From: Glaucostegus cemiculus | Taxonomy: Eukaryota | DNA: 64,000 bases | NCBI GenBank assembly: GCA_976551045.1 | Contig: CDPCPM010000033.1 | Coordinates: 27,404,001 to 27,468,000 of the forward strand | Reading direction: 5' to 3' | In this document: in pieces, positions 30,301-42,300 of the stretch | How the letters are laid out: each line of letters opens with the position of its first letter | Numbering within the stretch: position 1 is the first letter of the stretch | Notes under the pieces: model-generated | The model's input: the letters and a program-made list of their open reading frames with translations, nothing else | The model's database searches: none | What the model was told of the DNA's origin: nothing | Position numbers and translations under genes: made by a program

Positions 30301-33300
30301 CCTGTAAAGACGTGTGAATAGAAATTTATCTCTGGTTGATTGTACTGTATATGTTATGTGGCAGAGGCAGTATATTGCACTTTTGTCCAAAATTTTGTGC
30401 CAGGACAATGGATCTGAATTTCAGATGCGTAGTGCATTTAGTGCTTCTGACCGGGATGAGTTTCTATGCAACGTTATCTAGTCATTTGCTTAAATTTAAA
30501 TTAGTGTCATCACTTATTAACATTACGAAAAAATGTAAACAAACAAAATGATTTTTAAAAAAAAGGCAAACCTTTGCACTTTCACGGGAAACTTCACATA
30601 CAAATTTTGCTACTTCCTTTTCTTTCACTTCAAGATCAGTCAGAGGCTTTGTGAATTCAACATGAGGAGCTATGAAAGAGACAGAATCTTATTAGCAGAT
30701 AGACCGTAATTTATAATGACATCAGCGTAGATCTGAAGAATGTAGCAAAATAGGAACTAAGGAACAGGAGAATGCCATATTGATCCTACTATTTTCCCGA
30801 TATTTCATGTAGTTCTTATAATTCCTAGTTCTGACCATCCTACAACCATGTCTAAATAAAGGCACCACACTGAATTTGGGCCTGAATAATTTATCTGCTT
30901 ATGTGGGCCATGAAAGTCAAACCACTTTTATGCTTTAATATTTGGAATATACATCACTTATTTCTTCCTCCGGATTCTACTACTTAACATCTTATAGTTT
31001 TCCCTTTCCTGTAATACCTGAGGGACAATTTCTGACAATTAGGCAACTCTATTCCCCTTTGCTTGTTTTAAAATTATTATTACCTCTTTCCCTGAGTCTT
31101 TGCATCTACTTGTAACCTTCAACATACCTTTTCTACTCATTCCTGATTCCAGCACAATTCAAGCAGAATCTCCGTGATACAATTCTTTGCATTCCAAATG
31201 CAGTTACTGGTGTCCCATGAAAGAGGACTCTCTTTCCCATAATGCTCCTTCAGTCACATGTGCACTGCCCTAATCTGTTTATCATATGAAGTTATACAGC
31301 ATGGAAATAGGCCCTTCGGCCCAACTGGTCCATGCCGACCAAGATGCCCCATCCAAGCTAGTTCCATTTGCCAGCATTTGGTCCATAACCTTCTAAACCT
31401 TTCCGATCCATGTACCTCTCCAACTGTCTTTTAGGAGTTGTTAGTGTACCTGCATCAACCACTTCCTCTGTCAGCTTATTCCACATAGATACCACCCTTT
31501 GTGTAAAAAAGTTCCCCTCTCACTTTAAATCTGTGTCCTCTAGTTCTTGATTCCCCAACCTTGGGAAAAAGACTGAGTGCATTTGCCCTTCATGATTTTA
31601 TCCACCTCTCTATCCACAAAATCATCTCACTCATCTGTTTATGCCAATTTATATGTGACTCACATAACAATTATAATTAAACATCCAAGATGCTGTTCTA
31701 ATAATTTAGCTTTTAGAAATGTCCAAAAAGGACCTCTTCCTTGTATATTGGAGAGGCTTCAACTCACAGTCCAACTCAATGGTTTTGAACTAAGCTTGGA
31801 GACATGTACTGAAAATCAGTTCATAAAATGGAATAGCTATCTACAAATTCCCACATCCTGAAATTCAGAGACTCAATCTGTTCAGTCATTACTTTCTGAA
31901 CACTATTTATTTTTCAGGTCAGTAGGAACATTTTTTTCTTTCTTTACACACTAATTTTATTAAACACTAAAACACCAGGTACATTTTAAAATATTTACTC
32001 CTTCAAGCTTGCACGAACCACTATATATGAACAGGAGACAAGCAACAGCACTTTCTCTCCCCTCTGTATTAAATTCTCCTCTAACCAAATTCTCCATTCT
32101 AATCATGGTACACTATAGACTTACGTTCCACTGTGAGAAAACAAGAAGTCTTGAAGCCTTTTGCATCGCAAGTATATGTTTTAGAATCTTCAGGTTTGCA
32201 GTCATGGATAATAAGCTTTCGGATTCTTCCATCAGCAATGATCTCATGTTTCTTGGTTTTATGAATTTCCTTTCCATCCTTAAACCAAGTAACCTCGGCA
32301 TTCTCTCTAGACACCTCACACTCTAGTGTAGCTGTGGCTTCTTCTTCAACTGTTTGGTCCTCCAAAGGTTTTGTAAATTCAGCTGGAGGTTCTGTGAAAG
32401 ATTTAAGTGAAAATTAATTGCATATAATACATTACAAAATGTACTCTTGTGGAAAAACAATTGTTTATTATTTAGTTGGATTGTTGCATCACTTACCTTT
32501 AACAATGAGCCTGGCAGACGTTGTGAAGTCTTTAGCAGTGAGTTTAACCTCACCAGCCTCATTTAATTGAACATCTCTTAGGGTGAAAGTGTGCCTTCTT
32601 CCTTCAGCACGAGTAACAATCTAATCCAAAATAAAAGTTTTAAACTGTTAGCAAAGTAACAATACAGTTACTTGCCATGTTAAAAGTACCAAAATTAACT
32701 CAAGGTAAACTCTATTTAACTCTATTTAATGCATTTAACTCTAGGTAAAACAAATTATCTAGTTCAAACTACCACCACATTTTGATCCTGATAATCTTTC
32801 ATAGCTTTCAAAATGTGGGATTTATCAAACAATGTCATTAATAATTTTAACTGCTACAAGATATTGAGAAATTATGTTAAATTTTTATACATTTTATTTT
32901 CTAAATTTCTTAAATATTTGAGCTATCTGTAGTCTTCTGTATAGTATATGCTAATATTTTTCTAGATAACAAATGAATAATTGAAACCTGATTCAGTTAA
33001 TTGTAGATTTTTTTTGTTATTCCACTTTACAATCTCAGTTTTTAGTACTCCAAAATTAATAATTCCATTCTTATATGTATTCCAAATGATAACAAAATAT
33101 CTATTGCTCAACCATGTACATAGAACTGAATGTATTGTTCATTGTTACAAGGTGTCAGTGCACCATAGTGAAAACCTACTGCCAGTTCAAAATGTACATG
33201 TTAATCTTAAATGTTGTTGTTCTAAAGCATCACTAATATTAAGGTTAGAACAACAAATAATGATGTTCTTGTCCTAGTAATGTACATACTTAATTTCATT

Positions 33301-36300
33301 CGTTAACAGACTATTTAAACACTTGCATTTCACTGTTTCAGAAATTAATCTCTTGACCATCCTTTATTTTGCCAATGCCACATTAGTGACATATTTTATT
33401 GTTTCACTGATAGTCAAATTTCAGATCAGTTCAAATGTAGTTCGTTAGGGCATGTAAACCTGAGCAGAATTCGTAGATTGAACTGCTATATATTAAATCA
33501 TTTATATAAAAATGGCAAACTAAATTAAGTGCATTTAGGGCATTCAATTTTACAATGATGGGTCTGTTGATGTTTCTGCAAATTATGGATACCTTCATTC
33601 AGATAAATGCAAATAGAGTTAAATCATGATGTAAATTTTTCTTATCCATTGTATAACATACCTCCTTTCATTGTTTTCAGTGAATGTAAAATCATCTTAA
33701 AAAACTAGGGATCGGGGGTAAAATAAATGTTCCATTTTGAAAAGAAGAACTGCAAATTCATTTTAACCCCAGAAAAAAAAATGTGCATATCTATGTACTG
33801 TTTCAAAGATAAGCATCTATTCTATTTGATGGAAGGACCTTGTTTTACAAAAGAAAGTAGTAACTGTTTCTTCTTGAAAAAGTGAAAACATCTTGACATT
33901 AAGAAAATACATTTTTGCAAAATTACTTAAGCATATTAATGTATAAGCTTCTGTTGATAACAGAAGAAATAAGTACTTTTCATTGAAGTTTTTTGATTAT
34001 TCCTTTTCACGTCAAGCAATTTTTAGAAGTATTTTAGAAGACATTGAGGCCTTATGTGCGAGACAAGAATGAGAGAACATTATTGAAACATACAAAATTC
34101 TCTTCGGGCTTGACAGGGTAGATGAAAGGATGATGTTTTTCTTGGCTGGGATATTTGGAAGCAATATTCACAACCTCAAAATAAGGTGTCAGTCATTCAG
34201 GACAAAAATGTGAAGAAATCTCTTCACCTCGATGGTAATTAATCTTTGGATTTCTCAAACCAAGAGGGCTGTGGAGGCTTAGTCACTGAGTATATGATAT
34301 TACTGAACATAGGAAGCCTGAGGGAATGAATGAACTTCTACTGCTTCCATCTTCTAATTCTTTATGTTCTTAGTTCATATTTTTACTGATTTTTAATCCG
34401 GTAGAATACAATGAGTCAAAAGGTCAGCATTATATTTTAAAAACTGCACATCAGCACTTAAGTGATTAAAAATAGCCACAAAAGAATCTGGCTTATTACA
34501 TTGAACCCCAGTCAATTGTCTGATGTAGAATTACCATCCACCATAGTCCCTCAGTTCAGTGGATTTGTGGAGCCAGATCTCTTGAAAATGTAGACAAAAT
34601 ACCTCTCTAATACTTTTAAGATTCCCATGATTATAGAAAAATAAAGTAACAGCACAAAATACATATCAACATACTCTTTCACTGGGCTCAAGTAACTTGT
34701 TCTTCAAGAACCATTGGACTTCAATTCCTTCATAGGACAGTTCACAATCGAAAGAAGCCGAATGTCCAGCAGTTACTGTCACATCCTTAAGGGGCCGGAG
34801 TAAGCTGATCACTCGAGCTTTAGATGAAGCAGACATTATATATCTCTTAGTTTCAGAAGAACTGTTCCTTTAATTTAAAGTTCTCAGGAGAACTCTCTGC
34901 ACTTAAATTTAAAAGCTATAATGCACATTCTATTTCTTCAAAAGCAATATGCCCAGCAGTAAATCTGAGACATTTGAGGCATCATTTTAACTGCTGATCA
35001 TAGTTATTCTCATTCCTACTTGAGGCATTACACCTAAAATTCAGTGGCTTTGACAGCTGCCTGCTTCTGTCCATCAGCTTTACTGGCATTTTCAAAAATT
35101 GCAGGTATGGTATAGAGTTGACATCAATATGCATCCTTCTACTCCCAAAGGTAAAAAAACAAACAAAACATTGATGAAGGGTCTTGACTCAAAAACTGAC
35201 TGTCCATTTTCCTCCATAGATGCTGCCTTACCCACTGAGTTCCTCCAATGCCTTGTGTGTTACTACAAACAAAGCATTGGTTGGTTTTAGGTGGGAAGCT
35301 TACAGCTGTTCAGTAAATTCTTGCCACTTTGTATATTCATTAGACAAAGCCAAATAAAATGTTGGGAAATCTTAATGGCTTATCAAGTGCAGTTTTTCTT
35401 GACTAGTCACAGTATTGGTAACGTAACATTAATTGCATATCTACCTTTGACCCTCAAATGAGCATTGGTTTTGGCGTTAGCAGCCTGGAAATCAACTTCA
35501 CCAGCTTGATCCATTTGCACATTGTACAATATAAGAAAATGTTTTGTGCCTTCCTTTTTGATCTCACAGTCCTGAATTGTAATTAAACAAAAATAAAAGT
35601 TTTAAGTATGGAATAGAGAAAATAGGTAAAATTTAACTGATTTGCTGATGTTAAAACTCACTGCAGAGGGACGCAAGTTCTCTCCTTTCAGCTTCCAATT
35701 GCCATGTACATCATCTTCAGAAATTTCTGTCTCAAAACGAGCAGTTTCTGTTTCTGTGACTTCAACACTGTACAGTGGACGCAATATCTTAATGTGACGT
35801 TCTGAAACAAAATAATAAAAAATGCTATTCTTCAAGAAACATGCCTTAATTTTTTTAAAATACACTTACTTAATTTACTAAAAATGCAAGTTCTGAGTCA
35901 TCTCAGTAAACAACTCTAAACGACATAAAATAAACAGGCTTTACAGCTAATAAGATGGCATGCATTTATTTTTACCTTCAGTGTTTAGTTTGGCTGATGT
36001 GTTGTCAGAGCCACAGTCACAAGAATATTGCCCCTGGTCGCTCTTCATAGCTCGTTTAATGATCAATATTCGCTTCTTCCCATCTGCTTTAATCTGAATA
36101 TTCTTTGAAAGAATCAGTTCTTTTCCATCCTTGAACCATTTAACTGGAGCAGCAGATTTACTGACTTCACACTGGAAGACAACTTCATCTTTTTCTACAG
36201 CTGTGTAATCTTGTAGTTTACTGATAAAATATGGTTCACCCTCTAAGAAAATCAAAAGGTGAGTCAAGTTAGAAATACTTAAGATTAAATGCAGCAATTC

Positions 36301-39300
36301 AGTTCAAAGCTTGATTAGCAAATTAATTTATGTGTTTACATATATTTACCAAGTACTGTAAGTTTAGCCTCCGAACTTTTGTCCATTGCTTCAATTTTGA
36401 TGAGGGAAGTATCATCGATGGTCACATCCTTGAATGTAATGGTATGGATCTTATTCTCATCTTTCATAGTCACTGATCGACTTGGATGCAGACGGATATC
36501 ATTTTTGTACCATACAACTGGAATGTTGTCGTGTGAAAGCTCAGTTACAAATTCTGCAGTTTCACGTTCTTTTACAGTCTGGTCTTCAAGAGGTTTCGTG
36601 AATTCAAGTCGTATGCCTGTGAAAAATGAATTTATGAACTTCATGCTGCATTAATAAGAAAACAGTCTTAACTGCTGATGAACTTATCCACTGCAATTTT
36701 TACTTGCCTTGGATTACTAGTTTGCCACTTGTCCTCTTATCCTCTGCTTCAAAAATGTATTTTGCTTCATCATCAAATGCAGCTTCTTTAACTGCCAACA
36801 TATGTTTTGTCCCTTCTGCCAACATTTCAAATTTATTACTAGGTTTAATTTCATCACTTCCTTTTAACCAGCGGAAAGTCTTGGCCTCTCTGGATACTTC
36901 ACATTCAAACTTTGCTTCATCTTTCTCATACACTTTCACATCATTAAGTGGTACAATGAAAGTGAGTGGAATTTCTGGAGGGGAATGCAGGAAATAAGAA
37001 ATTTAGATTGTTTATGTTAATTATAAAAATCGTTCATGTCTCTGTTACGAATGTACAAGCCTAAACCGTAATTACAAAAACCGCAGAATAAAAAATATTT
37101 GCAGCTCTTTCAAGAGAATTCAAATTACCTTTGACTTTCAGAGTTGCTGCAGATTTAGCATTTGCAGCCTGGAAAGACACTTCTCCAGAATCACTTAGCT
37201 TGCAATTGTAAAGGGTCAGAATGTGTTTTTTGCCATCCTCAATAATCTCACAGTGCTGTAAATTATAAGATAATCAAAGATAAATTTGGATGACATTTAT
37301 TTATATTAAAAACTGTACAATCTTCTTTACCCAAATATATTTAGTTTTCTTTGTTCTACGGACCATTCATTAAGATCATGATTTTGTCATGAAAGTGGTT
37401 AATTAACTAACATAATTCTGAGGTAAAATTATTTACTCCAGAATAATTCCAAAACCAAGAAAGCAAAATTTAATTTCAAACTAAATTAAGAAAACAACGT
37501 ACAGGTGACATGAGCAAAGTTTCGCCTTTCAGCTTCCACTGGAGATGAACATCAGTTTCTGAAATCTCCACTTCAAAACGGGCAGTTTCACCTTCAAAGA
37601 TTTCTATGCCATGTAATGGGCGCACCACCTTGATGATGCGAGCTGTAATCACATTAGTATTAAAAATTGAAGTTTAAATTGCATATTTAGAAACTATAAC
37701 TGATGAAATATGCATACATACTTATTCATAAAGAATATACCTTCAATATTGACAGAGGCTTTGGTCTTGTCAGTTCCACAGTCACATTCATATACACCCT
37801 TGTCTTTATCATCAGCTCTTTTGATTGTCAAAATACAGCGTTTCCCAATAACTTTCATTGAAACTTTTTTTGATGCTTTGATTTCATTGCCATCTTTTAG
37901 CCATTTAACTGGTACTTCTTTGCTGAGTTCACATTCAAGACTGATGTCGTCTCTCTCTACAGCAGTATAATCTTGTAGTTTCACAGTGAAATAAGGATCA
38001 GCCTCTGTGGATGAAAGAAAAACAGCTAATGTTCTGCTTGAAGAAAGGTTGCTTCTCCGACAGAACATACATTTTCAAAACTTCTCATTAAACATCAATA
38101 ATAACGTGGTTCTCTTTTTTAATACTTTATCAGTACCATTATGATATGAACTGCACACAACACGTGGTGCCATAATTCAAAACAATTGCATTACTCAATC
38201 CTCACCTAGGACATTCAGATTACATTTTGTGGAGAGCTGGGCAACTTCTGCCCGTATCTGACATGTATCATCAAGAGTTGCTTCTTTAATTTCTAATGTG
38301 TGCTTCTTCCCATCGCTGGAGACCAAAACAGTTCTGCTTGGAAGAATTTTGTTTTCATTTTTGTACCAAGTCACTGGGAGATTTTCATGTGAGAGCTCAA
38401 TTTCGAAATGAGCTGTGTTACCTTCTTTGACTGTCTGATCTTTAAGTGGCGTAATGAACTTCAATCGCATACCTTGAAATATAAAGTCATACATGAGCTG
38501 TTAATACTACAGCAATTTAAGATCATGTAATTAATTATTCATTTCAAATCTAAATATTAAAAGGTGAAATAAATTGCTATTATTTGCCAATCAAATAAAA
38601 TGCGATGCTTAAAATATGAAATAGAAACAAAAAATGTTGAAAACACTCATCAAGTAAGCCAGGGAAACCGAGCTAATAGTTTAGGTCAAATACCCTGCAT
38701 CAGAATTGGGAAGAAGAAAATATAAATTAGTTTTGTGTCGTAGAAAGTGCGTGGCAGGATCAAGATAGGATGCAGTTCGAGTTGTTCTGAGAGACCAGAG
38801 CTCTGTGAAATAGATCAGGTGTTATCTGAAGTTGCAGAATTCAATTTTGAGTCCGGAAGGCTCCAACATGCCTACATGGAAGAAGAGGTAATGTTCCTCA
38901 TTCATCTATCAACTGTATAACTTCACCAACAGCCTATCCCCACAGTAACTGTGGTGTCACCCTAATACAGATATTCCTTTCAACCTATCCATCCATCTGC
39001 CACTGACTCTGCAACTTAAAACTAACTTGTTTTCCTTTCTTTTCCACTTCTGATGCAGGGTTTTTGATCTTAAACATTAATTCAGTTTCTCTTTCCACAG
39101 ATGTTGCTGGACCTGCTAAATGTTTCCACCTTTTTTTGCTACCATTACTTGACAGCCTTGGCTCATTGCCCTTTCCACTGAGCACCACTCCAGTGATTTC
39201 ACACATAATTTAAGCAGACACTTGAGTGCAAAATTGAGGTACTACAGCTTTTCAGGAAAGATACTTAAACTGAGGTTCTATATGCCTCCTTAAATTAATT

Positions 39301-42300
39301 TGAAAGAAGGGTTTATATGAAATAGAGCAAGGGGTTTTTTCCTTAGTCTCATGGCCCAACATTTATCATCATTAATGCAATATATTTGGTCATTAGTTGA
39401 TAGCAGTTTGTGGGAAAATTGTGTGTGTTTCTTTTCTGCATTACTTCTATGGCTGTACTTCAATAATTATTTCATTGCAGTCTGAGACATTCAGAGCTAG
39501 TGGAAGCAACTAAGAAACCAAATAACTGTATGTTTTATAGATTGTTTTCTGGATTTATGGTAAGTAGCACCAAAAGCATATTTGGTCATTTAATATACAT
39601 GACATATTCAGAATGATGAGATCTGCATCTTTACTTTCTTCATATTTTCAAAAAACTTCCAAACAAGGATGGTTGCATAAAGCAATTAACTATTTCATAT
39701 TTATTGGAATAGGACTTCACAAACATTCTGTTACACAGGCTCAATGTAAACAAAAGTGAAAATATTTTTAATTAAGTGCTGTAAGCACATTCAACCAATT
39801 TGTAGTATAAATATAAATTAGAAAAAAACCTACCAGTCACAGTCAGTTTTGCAGTTGATTTCTTGCCTTCAATTTCAGCAGTATAATCTCCTTCATCATC
39901 AAAGGTTGATTTATTTATAACAAGAATATGCTTCTTTCCATCGGTGACTAAATCATACTTTTCACCACTCTTAAGTATGTCAGTGCCTTTCATCCACAAA
40001 ATTTTGGGAACCTCTTTGTTAAGTAGACACTCAAACCGTGCCTGACGTTTCTCTGGAACAGTCACGTCTTTCAATGGTGTCGCAAAGTCAATTTCTAATT
40101 CTGTAAACATATAACATGTTAGTGAAAGCTGAATTAAGAAAAACTGGACAGTCCACATTTTGTGAAAATTCCTTTGTTAATGCAAAGAAAACTTCTCTGC
40201 ATTCATCAGGTATTGTCAATTACCTTTAACTCTCAAATAAGCAATGGATGTGGCATTGCGTGCCTTGAAGACAACTTCACCAGCTTGATCCAATTTGACA
40301 TCATGAAGGACCAGGAAACGCTTATTACCTTCTGATTTTATTTCACAAGTCTGCAAAATAAAGATCACAATTTATTGTTTCCTTAAAAGAACAATGCCCT
40401 CGAAATCCACACTTTTCATAATAAAGTTTTAAAATCTGGAGAAAAGCTTACATGTGATGGGCGCAGAATCTCTCCCTTGAGCTTCCACTCAACTGGAACA
40501 TCTTGAGAGATCTCCGTTTCAAAGGTGGCTGTTTCTTTCTCATATACTTCCACACTTTGTAGTTCAGTAAGTATGTCTATCTCTCGTTCTATAAATACGT
40601 TAAATACATTTTTCCATTAGAGTATGCAGCTAATATCAGACCTGAAAAATCTAACGCATTTTCATGAGTTCCTGACTTACAGAATCATCATCGAGCTGTA
40701 GAAGGGGAAATCAGAACAGATAACTAAATGCAGGAGACTTATCATACGGAGGTGAAGTCTGAATATCTGTGGTAACCACAGCTGAGTTAATGTTCAAAGC
40801 AAAGACAGTTTTAATATTTCAGAACATGTCAGATTGTTGGCTGGTAAAGTGAAAACTAATCAAGCACATTGATTAAGGACTATAGTTCATGTGGAGAATA
40901 AACATTAGCACAGACTTTATAGGTTGAAAGGCCTGTTTCCAGGTTGTAATTTCTGGATTTCTACCAAGCACCTATCAAAAATGACACAAGGTCCACTCTG
41001 AATAGGGACTTAAAGATCATAAAGGATTATTAATTGAATTAGGCATTCAAGTCAAAATCCAAGGAAACAATAGTCATTTTGATTACTATCCCACAAATCA
41101 GATCTTGAATTCTACAAAAATATTTAAGTTACCCCACCCTAATTTGTCAGAGAATGATTCTAGACTCTGGGCTAACTTTCAAAGAAAGTAGCTGGGGTGA
41201 TGAAGACCACCTGGCCCTTACATATTCAGCAGCTGTACTGTACACTGGTCTGGACCAGATGCTGTCATAACTGCTTTGCCAGTGTCCAACGCAACAATGT
41301 AAAGCAGGACATCACTGGAACACTTAAGTCTACTCTAATACCATAGCTGCCTGATGGGCAACATTACTCTTCCATTCATACGCATGACACTGAATGCCTC
41401 TGATAATTAGTGAAATGAGAAAAATGAACACTTGCCCTCATACAAGTTCCTCACCAATGCCACTTACTTTAAGTGGCATGACCCCTTTTAGATCCACATA
41501 TTCTAGGAAAGCAATTACAGCCCTGATGAAGTTTGGAAAGTTGTACGGAACTCATCAGAAATCACAAATATACATCTTGTGATCTCCTTTATAGGTTATG
41601 GCCATTTCTAAATTTTATTAGGACTGATCATTGCAATATTTGACCTACATACAAATAAAAATATAAAGAAAATATAGAAATCAGTTGTCTGGCCCTTAGA
41701 GCTAGCTCTGCCATTTAGTAAGATCATTGCTTAAACTGTACTTTTCTGCCCAATCGTCATAATTCTTAACTCTCCTGTGGACCATGTCAACCAGAAGCAG
41801 ACAATGGTACACTAAGCTATCCAACATACAATCCATAAATATAAAAAAAAATTACGCTCTGCTCCCTCAGGTGCTGTATTCTAGCTTCAATGTCAGAGTA
41901 TAAAACTATAGTTGTTGCTCTTGTCCACATAAGGGGAATATTAGGACAAATGACCAATTATTAGGTCAAAGGTGGTTTAACGGAGTGTATTAAGGAACAA
42001 TACAAAGTTTTAAGGAAACAATTCCAGAGCTGAAACTACAGGCAGTTGTAGAATACAGAGCATAAAGAAGATCAGAATTGCAAAAGGATAGACATTTCAG
42101 AGAGCTAAAGGATGAAGTGGATTATTATAGAGATAAGGTGGGGAATGACCATGGAAGCATTTGAGAGTAAGGATCAGAACAGAGATCTTGCCAGTGCAGG
42201 AGTCTGTGCAAGCCTCCATACAGTGTTTGATAATTGAATGAATTTGGTGCAAGTTAGATTAAAGGCAAAAGAGTTTAGAAGAGCTCAATTTTAAGAAAGG

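Noticed and set aside
32705-32750. Short aactctattt tandem
   Set aside because: Three degenerate units only; no support for function
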